Below, piece by piece: positions 8,332-17,005 of a DNA stretch of 64,000 bases; within the stretch, counting starts at the first letter, position 1, and the number at the start of each line of letters is the position of its first letter. The DNA is from an uncultured Acetobacteraceae bacterium. GTDB lineage: Bacteria > Acidobacteriota > Terriglobia > Terriglobales > Acidobacteriaceae. The notes beneath the pieces are model-generated. The model had not been told where the DNA came from, did not search any database, and saw only the letters and a list, made by a program, of their open reading frames with translations. The DNA lies in contig CAZZZL010000011.1 in the NCBI GenBank assembly GCA_964658655.1, forward strand, positions 15,774-79,773. The letters run 5' to 3'. The position numbers and the translations under genes are program-made.

Positions 8332-8751
8332 ATGACCAGGGTATGGATGCCTGCGCTTCTGCTGCTCGGGTTGCAGGGCTGTGACGGTAATCCACCGACC
8401 CACCAGCAGGTACAGCAGCAGGCCGCGCAAACGACCGTTGCCGTGAAGCAGGATGCCAAAGCTGCCGTCGAAGCCACCCGAAAGGCTGCGGCTAATGCCG
8501 AGGCGGACGTTAATGACGTAGCCAGCGGGGTCAAGCAGGGGCTGCACGAGGACACTGCTAAGCCGGGCGACAAGATCAATCTCAACACGGCTACGCTGGT
8601 AGAACTCGCGATGCTGCCCGGCGTTTCCTTTACAAAGGCTGGGGACATCATCAAAAAGCGCCCCTATGTCCGCGAGCACGACCTGGTGAGCCGCGGTGTC
8701 TTGTCTGAAGCGGAATACAGCAAGATTGAACCGCAAATTACGGTTGAGTAG
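8332..8751 (+). CDS. ComEA-like helix-hairpin-helix lipoprotein
   Basis: Track ORF 8266..8751. The internal ATG 8332 gives MTRVWMPALLLLGLQGC (lipobox LQGC). The C-terminal INLNTATLVELAMLPGVSFTKAGDIIKKRPY is an HhH_3/ComEA-type motif. Confidence 0.7.
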   Translation: MTRVWMPALLLLGLQGCDGNPPTHQQVQQQAAQTTVAVKQDAKAAVEATRKAAANAEADVNDVASGVKQGLHEDTAKPGDKINLNTATLVELAMLPGVSFTKAGDIIKKRPYVREHDLVSRGVLSEAEYSKIEPQITVE

Positions 8752-8900
8752 CCGCGGTGTCCCTCTCTAATAGAGGCGCCCGATTTTGAGTCGTGAGCCA
8801 CGCCCGGGCATCGAAGTGTTACAGAGTTTGCGAGCTGCTTGTATTGGGAGCGCACGCGGGCTAAACTTGAAGTTAGTTTGTTCTATCCAGGAGGATACGC

Positions 8901-9317
8901 ATGGCAACAGCTGCAGAAGCAATAGTTTCAGGAAGCCAGACCGGGCACCAGCACCAGGGTCCGGAAATCGCAGAACTGAAGACTGCGGCAGCCCCGCTCG
9001 TGCTGACCCCTTCAGCCACTGCCAAAGTGCGTGAAATCATGGCGACCCAGGATCCCCTGCCGGCCGGTCTTCGCATCGGTGTGGTTGGCGGCGGATGCTC
9101 AGGGTTTCAGTACTCCATGTCCTTTGAGAATCAGCAGGGCATGATGGACAAGGTCTACGGCTTCGAAGATATCAAGGTTTTCGTAGACGCGACCTCGCTC
9201 ATGTACCTCAAGGGCTGCGTGGTCGACTACGTCGAGACACTCGAAGCGGCCGGGTTCAAGTTCGAGAACCCTAACACCAAGAGCACTTGCGGCTGCGGTT
9301 CGTCCTTCAGCGCATAA
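8901..9317 (+). CDS. HesB/IscA/ErpA-family iron-sulfur cluster insertion protein
   Basis: Motifs LRIGVVGGGCSGFQY and a C-terminal STCGCGSSF. AGGAGG lies upstream of ATG 8901. There is an N-terminal extension of about 30 aa. Confidence 0.9.
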   Translation: MATAAEAIVSGSQTGHQHQGPEIAELKTAAAPLVLTPSATAKVREIMATQDPLPAGLRIGVVGGGCSGFQYSMSFENQQGMMDKVYGFEDIKVFVDATSLMYLKGCVVDYVETLEAAGFKFENPNTKSTCGCGSSFSA

Positions 9318-9335
9318 CCCGTTCTTTTCTCTCTG

Positions 9336-9366
9336 AAAAAGCCTCGCTTGGCTGCGGGGCTTTTTT
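9336..9366. terminator. rho-independent, probably bidirectional terminator
   Basis: AAAAA-GCCTCGC-TTGGCT-GCGGGGC-TTTTTT: a 7-bp GC-rich stem (one G-U), a 6-nt loop, an A-run on one side and a T-run on the other. It sits between convergent genes. Confidence 0.75.
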
Positions 9367-9389
9367 GCGTCCATTTTCAATTGCAGGAT

Positions 9390-10376
9390 CTACGTTGTCA
9401 GCAGAACCTTACCCGCATGCTGCCCCTGCTCGAAGTAACGGTGAGCGTCGGCAACTTTCTCCATGGGGAAGGTGCGGTCGACCACGGGCAGGATGCGCCC
9501 CTTTACGACGAACGGCCATAATGTGGCTTCAAGGGCGTCGCGCAACTCACCTTTTTCCTCGATGGAGCGCGAGCGCAGCGTCGATCCGGTAATGATGAGT
9601 CGCTTCTGCATAATTTTCAGCAAGTTAAGCCGCACATCCACGCCACGCGCATAGGCAATGTGCGTCAACCTGCCGCGCGTGGCGAGCAGGTCGATATGCA
9701 CTGGAAAGTAGTCGCCGCCGATCATGTCGAGGATCACATTGACGCCTCCAGGCGCTGCCCATTCTCGTACGGCCGATGACCAGTCGTCGTTATAGGAGAA
9801 GGCAGCATCGGCGCCGAGTGTGCGGCAAAGCTGCAGCTTGTCGGCCGTACTCGCCGTCGCGGCCACGCGCACGTCGAGCACGTGAGCAGCCTGGATAGCA
9901 AAGCTGCCTATGCCGCTGGTACCGCCCTGGATTAGTAAACTTTCGCCGGCACGAACCAGCGGCTCATGAAAGAGGTTCGCCCACACAGTGAATGCAGCTT
10001 CAGGCAGACCTGCACAATCGACCAGCGAAAGATTCTCGGGAACAGGCAGGCATTGCACGGCAGGAACTGCGCAATATTCTGCGTAGCCTCCGCCGGCCAG
10101 AAGTGCACAGACACGGTCGCCGACATGCCAGCGCTCGACGTCCGCGCCCACTTCGGCGATGTGGCCGGAAACCTCCATGCCGATCGTGTTCGAGGCGCCC
10201 AGCGGCGGAGGGTAGTTGCCGTTCCGCTGGTGGATGTCTGCGCGATTCAGGCCCGCTGCCGCGACCTTGATGAGTACTTCCTGGCTGCGGATGATCGGCA
10301 TGGGGATCGTCCCCAGGCTGAGCTGTTCCGGTCCGCCCTGCTGCTTCGCGATGACGGCACGCATAGTCACGCTCAT
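9390..10376 (-). CDS. NAD(P)H:quinone oxidoreductase, zinc-independent MDR (PIG3/Qor-like)
   Basis: MRAVIAKQQGGPEQL...EVLIKVAAAGLNRADIHQRNGNYPPPLGASNTIGMEVSG and LIQGGTSGIGSFAIQ (Rossmann motif). Confidence 0.85.
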   Translation of the reverse strand: MSVTMRAVIAKQQGGPEQLSLGTIPMPIIRSQEVLIKVAAAGLNRADIHQRNGNYPPPLGASNTIGMEVSGHIAEVGADVERWHVGDRVCALLAGGGYAEYCAVPAVQCLPVPENLSLVDCAGLPEAAFTVWANLFHEPLVRAGESLLIQGGTSGIGSFAIQAAHVLDVRVAATASTADKLQLCRTLGADAAFSYNDDWSSAVREWAAPGGVNVILDMIGGDYFPVHIDLLATRGRLTHIAYARGVDVRLNLLKIMQKRLIITGSTLRSRSIEEKGELRDALEATLWPFVVKGRILPVVDRTFPMEKVADAHRYFEQGQHAGKVLLTT

Positions 10377-10379
10377 AGC

Positions 10380-11084
10380 CTACTCCGCAATATCGACCGC
10401 AGTCGCACTCATGGCAAACGGATTGAAGTTCGCTTTGTCATCGAACGCATCGGCTCCTTCCTTCTTCTTGAGGAATGAGACGACCGCGTAGGTGAGCGGC
10501 GTGGCCAGAACTTCATACGCAACCTTGGTGAGATAGGACGAAATAATGATGGAGCGGATGAGCGCCGGCTGCGATCCCCAGAACGCGATGAGGATCACGA
10601 TCATGGTGTCGACCGCCTGTCCCGTGACGGTCGAACCGATGGTCCGCGTCCAGAGCCAGCGGCCCCGGGTCAGGATCTTCAACTTAGCAAGTGTGTAGGA
10701 GTTCGTGAACTCGCCTACCCAGTAGGCGATGAGGCTGGCGACTGCGAAGCGCGGCACCAGGCCGAAGACAATCTCGAAGGCTTGCTGATTTTTCCACGCA
10801 GGCGCGGAGGGCATGGCAACAACCAGCTCTCCCATTCCATCGAGAAGCAGCGTCGCGAAGAATCCCAGCCAGATGGCGCGTCGCGAGGCAGCATAACCGT
10901 AGATCTCAGTACAGATATCGCCGAAGATGTACGTGATGGGGAAGAGAAGCTGTGCGCCGCTGACGTTAAGTGTCGCGAAGTGACCGAGATGAATCTGGCA
11001 GATTTTTGGACCGACCAGGTTCGAGATCAGCAGGACAACCACGAAGCCGAGAGTGAGTGTATCCAGGTATTTGTAACGTCGCAT
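10380..11084 (-). CDS. yhhQ: queuosine-precursor transporter (YhhQ/DUF165 family)
   Basis: 234 aa. LLFPITYIFGDICTEIYGYAASRRAIWLGFF and FTNSYTLAKLK are typical of YhhQ. Its stop lies 3 nt before the Qor-like start. Confidence 0.8.
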   Translation of the reverse strand: MRRYKYLDTLTLGFVVVLLISNLVGPKICQIHLGHFATLNVSGAQLLFPITYIFGDICTEIYGYAASRRAIWLGFFATLLLDGMGELVVAMPSAPAWKNQQAFEIVFGLVPRFAVASLIAYWVGEFTNSYTLAKLKILTRGRWLWTRTIGSTVTGQAVDTMIVILIAFWGSQPALIRSIIISSYLTKVAYEVLATPLTYAVVSFLKKKEGADAFDDKANFNPFAMSATAVDIAE

Positions 11085-11146
11085 GCGTTTGGTAGCTCGA
11101 TTGTCGCCGCTATGAGATGTTTTGCAAACTGGAATCGCTGCAACTT

Positions 11147-11692
11147 TTACTCCGGTGTGCTTCTCAGCAAGTCGAGAGACTCATTCGCTTCATCGACTCC
11201 TGGCTGCACGCCGGCCGACGCATAGAGGGCACGCGCCTCGTGCCACAGATGCGAACAGGCCATGCGATCTCCCCGGACGTACTGGAGCCGGGCATAGCCT
11301 GCTACGGTGTTGGCCAGATCGAGCACGGGCGTATCGCTGCGCTTCCGATAGATGCTCAGTGCCTCTTCGTAGTGCGGAAGACCCTCTTCGTGGTCAGCCA
11401 GGTCGTAATGGATGTCGCCAACATGGCGGATGGTATGTGCCAGGCGGAGAGGTTGATCGAGGGTGCGAAAGACTTCGACGGCGCGCAGATAATGCTGACG
11501 CGCCGAGTCGAGGTCACCGAGGTCGCGATCGACTTTACCGATACCAACGAGTGACTCGGCCTGCGCTGCACGATCGCAGTTATCCTGCGCTGCATGCAGG
11601 GCTGCAGCGAATTGCAGTCGCGCATCCTTCAGACCGCCGTCCTGATAGATCGCCCGGGCCTTTTGCACCAGCTCGTCGGCAGGTGTATCCAT
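11147..11692 (-). CDS. tetratricopeptide-repeat protein
   Basis: 181 aa of repeated about 40-aa units (AESLVGIGKVDRDLGDLDSARQHYLRAVEVF / AHTIRHVGDIHYDLADHEEGLPHYEEALSIY). Confidence 0.7.
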   Translation of the reverse strand: MDTPADELVQKARAIYQDGGLKDARLQFAAALHAAQDNCDRAAQAESLVGIGKVDRDLGDLDSARQHYLRAVEVFRTLDQPLRLAHTIRHVGDIHYDLADHEEGLPHYEEALSIYRKRSDTPVLDLANTVAGYARLQYVRGDRMACSHLWHEARALYASAGVQPGVDEANESLDLLRSTPE

Positions 11693-11727
11693 GGAAGCAG
11701 CTTACTCCTGCTACCGTTGCTCCGGCT

Positions 11728-14700
11728 CTACGGGACCTCGATGCTCGCAGGAGTGACATTCCAGCCGCGCAGTGCAATTTTCGCAGCGCCATGCACCTGA
11801 TCTTCGGGCGCCTTGACGACGACGTCGGCCGATTCACCCGGCAGCAGAGAAATATAGTTGTCGCTGAAATAGGCAGGCAGGATGCGGCTGCCGTCCGATG
11901 CATTTTCCAGAGTCAGCTTGCTCTCGAGCGCGACTGTCGTGCCCGGATTTTGCAAGTGGACGTGGATCTGTACTTCGCGGTTCTCTTTCGTCTCAGTTGC
12001 GGTTACATGAAGCGCCATCTGCGGCAGGCGGGCCAGGGCCCGGTAATCCTTGTCCACGCCCGCGAGCCAGTAAAAATTCGTAGCGACGATCGCACCGGAA
12101 GTGTTTTTCAACTCCAGTCGAACCAGCACGACACCTTGGGCAAACAGCGGTGCCAGGTCGAGCCTGAAGGCCTGTGTAGCGGCATTGGCTTTGGCATCGA
12201 GTGCAAGATCACGGCTCAATAACAGACGATTGTCGAGGGAATAGACCTTCGCCGAGAGTGTCAAAGCGGGCGTCGCGGTGGGCGTGGTGTTGATGACCGC
12301 GACATCGTAGTTTGACAGGTCGATCTGCACATGGAGCGGCTCGCATGCTTTCTGGGTTCCGTAAAACGAGGCCTGCGTATCGTAGTCGGAGCTCAGGATC
12401 TCCCACATATTGCTGGGCCACGCCGGCTGGGTCATCCACAACATGCGACCGCTGTTGGGAGTCCACAGGTGCGCATTCATGCCTTCGAAGATGGCGCGGT
12501 GATCGACATAGTTCAGCATCTGCGCCTTGCGTTCAAAATCTTCGAGACTGCTGGGCGCTCCGAACTCGGTCTCGATCTGTTCCATGAACGGCGCCGCTGC
12601 ACCGTTCCCCTGCTGATGCCAGTCGTGGTAGGCCCAGGCGTCGCTGACCGGCCATTGGTCTGCCTTCGGAATCCAGTGCTGAAAGGATTCGAGTGTCGAG
12701 AAAGACGGCGTACCGGTTTCGACCGAGAAGCCGTGGTTCAGCTTGTTAAAGTAATCAGCGGGATTCTGATACCTGTACGGTCCACTGTCCTGCAGGTTCA
12801 CTCGGTTGGAACTCGGCGAATAGTAGCGCGTGCCGTCAAGCGTATGCGTGAGTTCGGCCAACCCGTCATTGAGGATCGGCTGCGGCACGCCCTCATTGCG
12901 GCCACACCACATCACGATGGATGGATGATTACGGAAGCGGAGGATGGTATCTTTCGCGTTACCGAGAAAGAGTGCGGGATCGGCTGGTTCGGTGTTGTAG
13001 TCCTCGGTCGAATCCCAGAAATCATTCCACACCATCAGGCCGTATTCGTCCGCAAGATCGAAAAATGTGCTCTCGGTATTCTGCCCGACCCAGTTGCGGA
13101 TGATGTTAATATTCGCGTCACGATGCAGGCGGAAGTAAGGCTCGAGGCGTTCGCGCGATACTCGTTTGCGCGAGTCATCCATGCCCCAGTTGCCGCCGCG
13201 CGCTGCGATGCGGACGCCATTCACTTTCAGGATAAGATACGGCGCTCCCTGCTTGTCCGCCATGGTGGTGAATGCAGGCGAAGCGTCCTGACCGGCGGCG
13301 ATTGACGATGCCCATCCGCCGGGAATCTGGCGCATACCATCATGGGTCACATCGACGACAGAAGCTTTTGTCGTACGCGCGAGTTGTGGAGAATATTCGA
13401 CACGCCGCAGCTGGCCGGTGTTGTCGAGAAGGCTCAGCTCATAGGTCACCTCGCGAATGCCGAACCGCAGTTGCTTCGTGTCCGACGCCGTACCGTTGCT
13501 CGCGAAGCTGAGCTTCAGATGGTATAGCTCAGGCCTGCCGTAGCCGTTGGGCCACCACAAACGAGGATGCTGCACATTCAATTGCGCGAACTCAGCCGAC
13601 GTGAGTTCGATGGAGTTTTCGCCGGGCTCGAGGCGTACCTTTTTCTCGATGGACACGCCCTCGAATGCTGCGGTCAGCGTGCCGCTTGCTGCTTCCGGTG
13701 ATGTGTTGCGGAGCGGCACGGTAATGTCGACTTTGGCGGAGTTGGTGTCAGGCAAGGGGAGAGTCGTCACGACCAGCGGATCGCCGATCCTGACGCTGCC
13801 CGTGGCAACGAGTTTTACATCCTGCCATATGCCACTGTCGCGATCACGAATACCGGGAATCCAATCCCAGCCCTCTGTCGCGACAAACGTGGGGCCGTCA
13901 AGGCACATCAGTCCGCCATTATCGCCGGGGCCGCCCTTGATCGATTCTTCATTCGGAATGCCAGGATGGGGCGGCGGCGAAATGCGCACAGCGAGCGCGT
14001 TGCTCTCGCCCGGTTTCAGGATGCCGGTCACGTCGAATACGCCGCGGATAAACGCACCTTTGACCGTGCCGAGCTCATGGCCATTGAGCCAGACATCGGC
14101 CTGATAGTTGATGCCCTCAAAGATGAGCGACAGCTTCTGGTCATTTGAAAGTTTCGGGCCGGTGAACTCGGAGCGATACCAGTAATCCTGCTTGTTCAGG
14201 CTCTCCGGGATAGCCATGTTATTGAGGCCGTAATCAGGATCGGGATAGATGCCGCGATCGATCATCGTCGTCAGTACGGTGCCGGGCACGGTCGCGGGCA
14301 TCCACGCTTTATCGGCGTGGAAACCGGGCGCAGCGATGTTGGCGCCGTCGGCAGAAACCTTCGGAGCCTCGGCGAGTTTCCACCCGCCGCTCAGCGTCCA
14401 CTGATTCGCAGCATCTTCACGCAGGGTGGTCTTTGCCGGCGGAAGCGGTGCAGCGACAGGCGTCGAAAAGCCGGCGGCGGAGGTGGGCAGTGTCCAGGGG
14501 TCCTGCGGCGCACGGTAGCCCGCCTGTCCACGCGTCTGCACCGGCCAGGGCTTTGAGCCTTCTTCAAACTGGATCGTCGCGTAATCCGGTGCCTGCTTGT
14601 CCAGGACGGCTATCGCCTGGGCACTGAGTACCGGCCGCTGGATGGTAAACGCAGCAATCAGGCCGCCGAAGTGCGGGCGCTCGGGCAGCACATCGCCGCC

Positions 14701-15240
14701 ATGCCGGGGCGGCGGCCACGCACTGCCATCGGGTGCCAGTTCGATGACCGGCGCGACAGCAGCGTAGATGAGTTTGCCATCGGTGAGTTCGACGCCGTCA
14801 TCGAATAGGCGAACGACAGAACCGTCAAATGTAGCCGCGATAAAATGCCACGACCCTGGCGTCAGTGCCGTGCTGGTGTTCAGCACATTGCCATCACCGA
14901 GACGGAAGGCAAGCTTGCCGTCCATGATCGCGAAGTAGCGCGAATCCTCTGCGAGCGGGTCGCCAATGCCCGCAATCAATGTCGGGCTCCCGGTTGCGAT
15001 AGAGGGCCGCACCCATGCGGACATGGTCCACGTCGCCGAAGCTTCCAGCAGCGTGTCATGCTCGGGGATCGGCTTCTGCAGTCCTGCGCCACCGGCCAGA
15101 AATCTGCCGTTGTAGGGGCCGTATGAGCCGACATAGCTGGTGACATCGGCCGCGGTGAGCGGCGGCATCGTCTGGGCTGAAATTACGACCGGAACAAGAG
15201 CGAGCAGTGCAGCGAGGGACTTGCGGATATGCTGAATCAT
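11728..15240 (-). CDS. secreted glycoside hydrolase family 2 (exo-beta-glucosaminidase/beta-mannosidase-like) with N-terminal LamG/concanavalin-like domain
   Basis: The track ORF runs to 15303. ATG 15240 gives the signal peptide MIQHIRKSLAALLALVPVVISAQT. LamG-like region about 14535-15060 (WHFIAATFDGSVVRLFDDGV). GH2 core: VWLNGHELG, EGWDWIPGIRDRDSGIWQDV, IIRNWVGQN, HPSIVMWCGRNEG, FSVETG. Confidence 0.85.
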   Translation of the reverse strand: MIQHIRKSLAALLALVPVVISAQTMPPLTAADVTSYVGSYGPYNGRFLAGGAGLQKPIPEHDTLLEASATWTMSAWVRPSIATGSPTLIAGIGDPLAEDSRYFAIMDGKLAFRLGDGNVLNTSTALTPGSWHFIAATFDGSVVRLFDDGVELTDGKLIYAAVAPVIELAPDGSAWPPPRHGGDVLPERPHFGGLIAAFTIQRPVLSAQAIAVLDKQAPDYATIQFEEGSKPWPVQTRGQAGYRAPQDPWTLPTSAAGFSTPVAAPLPPAKTTLREDAANQWTLSGGWKLAEAPKVSADGANIAAPGFHADKAWMPATVPGTVLTTMIDRGIYPDPDYGLNNMAIPESLNKQDYWYRSEFTGPKLSNDQKLSLIFEGINYQADVWLNGHELGTVKGAFIRGVFDVTGILKPGESNALAVRISPPPHPGIPNEESIKGGPGDNGGLMCLDGPTFVATEGWDWIPGIRDRDSGIWQDVKLVATGSVRIGDPLVVTTLPLPDTNSAKVDITVPLRNTSPEAASGTLTAAFEGVSIEKKVRLEPGENSIELTSAEFAQLNVQHPRLWWPNGYGRPELYHLKLSFASNGTASDTKQLRFGIREVTYELSLLDNTGQLRRVEYSPQLARTTKASVVDVTHDGMRQIPGGWASSIAAGQDASPAFTTMADKQGAPYLILKVNGVRIAARGGNWGMDDSRKRVSRERLEPYFRLHRDANINIIRNWVGQNTESTFFDLADEYGLMVWNDFWDSTEDYNTEPADPALFLGNAKDTILRFRNHPSIVMWCGRNEGVPQPILNDGLAELTHTLDGTRYYSPSSNRVNLQDSGPYRYQNPADYFNKLNHGFSVETGTPSFSTLESFQHWIPKADQWPVSDAWAYHDWHQQGNGAAAPFMEQIETEFGAPSSLEDFERKAQMLNYVDHRAIFEGMNAHLWTPNSGRMLWMTQPAWPSNMWEILSSDYDTQASFYGTQKACEPLHVQIDLSNYDVAVINTTPTATPALTLSAKVYSLDNRLLLSRDLALDAKANAATQAFRLDLAPLFAQGVVLVRLELKNTSGAIVATNFYWLAGVDKDYRALARLPQMALHVTATETKENREVQIHVHLQNPGTTVALESKLTLENASDGSRILPAYFSDNYISLLPGESADVVVKAPEDQVHGAAKIALRGWNVTPASIEVP

Positions 15241-15324
15241 GGGTGGACTCGTATGCAGTTCATTGGCGGCGAAGAGAGACGCATGTCCTTCGACTTCGCT
15301 CACGGTGACAAATTCAGACCCGGG

Positions 15325-16866
15325 TTAGTTGAGCACTACACCCGGGCCGCTCGGTGCATCTTCTGATGTGAATGTGCTGGCAGGCAGGCCGTCTTTGTTG
15401 AAGAGCGTTGCCTGCGGAGCATTCTCCCAGGCATACCGCACATAACGCGGATGCTGTACGGCTGAACTCGTAACTATCACAGTATCGCCATCAATTTTCG
15501 CACTGGCTGCAGTAAAGTGATGATCTTCGCCGGCCACTTCAAAGCCCGGTAAAGCGCTCGCCTTCGAAACGAGTCTGCCGGCCGTGTGGTCGAAAAGCAC
15601 GCGGATCCCGTCTTTTTCAGGAACAGCCTGCTTGAACAGCGGACCGGAGAAATCCACTTGCTCCCCATAGGCTAATGCGCGACCGGCAAGAGCGAGTCGT
15701 GCGGCGACTGTCTGCTTGTCGGCCGGATGTACGTTGTCAGGCTCACCCACATCCAGCGTGACGGTCATTGCTGTATTGCCAATCGCAAGCGTACGGCGCT
15801 GCTGGTCGCGGAGCATGCCCCAGTCTTCTTTGGGACTGGACCTGAAACTGGAAATCTGTACGAACAGGAAAGGGAAGTTGCCCTCCTGCCACTGCCGGCG
15901 CCAGTCGGTGATCATGGTCGAAAAGACCTTGCTGTACAGATAGGCGCTGGCATGAGGGCTGTTGCTTTCGCCTTGGTACCAGATGACGCCCTTGATGCCG
16001 TAAGGCGTCGCCGGCGCAATCATGCCGTTGAACAGTCCGGCAGGTGCCCATGAATCCAGATTGGGATGCCATGAATGCTGGGGAGCAGGCTTGCCCGCCT
16101 GTTTTGCTGCTTCGTCCTCACGTTTTTCCGCTGCAATGGCAGCGTCTTTATCCTGCTGCGTCGCGGCAAGGCGAGACCACGTGTGGAAGACCGGCATCAG
16201 CGATGCGTCGGCGGAGAGACTGCCCAGGCTGGCCCAGCTTTCTACTGGCGTACCGCCCCAGGTGGAGTCGATGATGCCGACCGCCACATGCTCTTTCTCG
16301 GAAATTTCACGAGCGTAGAAATAAGCGACGGCAGAAAAGGTCGCCGCTGTTTCCGGCGTGCAGGTGGTCCATGTTGCAGGCTGATCGTCAACCGGATACA
16401 TCGAGGCATGGTTGGGAATATGCAGCAGACGCAGATTGGGATGATTTGCCGCGGCGATTTCCTGCGGACCATTCTTCAGGACAGCCGAACCCGGAAATCC
16501 GTTCAGCGGCAGTTCCATATTCGACTGGCCGGATGCAAACCATACATCGCCGATCAACAAATCGCTGACCGTGACAGTGCTGCTGCCCTTGACTGTAAGA
16601 TCAAACGGGCCGCCGGCCTTTTCGGGTTGGAGATATACGCTGAACTTCCCGAGTGCATCGGCAGTGCCGTCCACATGCTGCTGATGCAGCGAGACGGTGA
16701 TCGCTTCGCCGGGATCGGCCCACCCCCAGATGTGGATCGGCGCATCGCGCTGCAGGACAGCGTGGTCACTGATGATCTTGGGCAGGCGAACTTCAGCGCG
16801 GAGCAGGCCGCAGGAACACAGCAGAAAAAGTGGCAGAGCGCGCAATGAGATTTTTGAAAATATCAT
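15325..16866 (-). CDS. sialate O-acetylesterase-like SGNH hydrolase (DUF303/SASA)
   Basis: Signal peptide, then ISDHAVLQRD...IWGWA...LIGDVWFASGQSNMELPL (GQSNM catalytic Ser block) and VIWYQGESN. Confidence 0.85.
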   Translation of the reverse strand: MIFSKISLRALPLFLLCSCGLLRAEVRLPKIISDHAVLQRDAPIHIWGWADPGEAITVSLHQQHVDGTADALGKFSVYLQPEKAGGPFDLTVKGSSTVTVSDLLIGDVWFASGQSNMELPLNGFPGSAVLKNGPQEIAAANHPNLRLLHIPNHASMYPVDDQPATWTTCTPETAATFSAVAYFYAREISEKEHVAVGIIDSTWGGTPVESWASLGSLSADASLMPVFHTWSRLAATQQDKDAAIAAEKREDEAAKQAGKPAPQHSWHPNLDSWAPAGLFNGMIAPATPYGIKGVIWYQGESNSPHASAYLYSKVFSTMITDWRRQWQEGNFPFLFVQISSFRSSPKEDWGMLRDQQRRTLAIGNTAMTVTLDVGEPDNVHPADKQTVAARLALAGRALAYGEQVDFSGPLFKQAVPEKDGIRVLFDHTAGRLVSKASALPGFEVAGEDHHFTAASAKIDGDTVIVTSSAVQHPRYVRYAWENAPQATLFNKDGLPASTFTSEDAPSGPGVVLN

Positions 16867-17005
16867 TCGAACATTTCCTCAATCTGCCCGGGGACGCATG
16901 GAGGCGAATAACTTCCGCGTCACCGGGACGGCTGCTTAAATGTGAATGGTAACGGTAACATGCCCGTCGCGGATTTGTCTTCCGCTTAAGACCACTCTGA
17001 GCCCG

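Noticed and set aside
11085-11146. preQ1 riboswitch upstream of the YhhQ-type queuosine-precursor transporter
   Set aside because: The 62-nt leader shows no small hairpin followed by the A-rich ...AAAAAACTA... tail typical of preQ1-I, and it is too short for preQ1-II/III.
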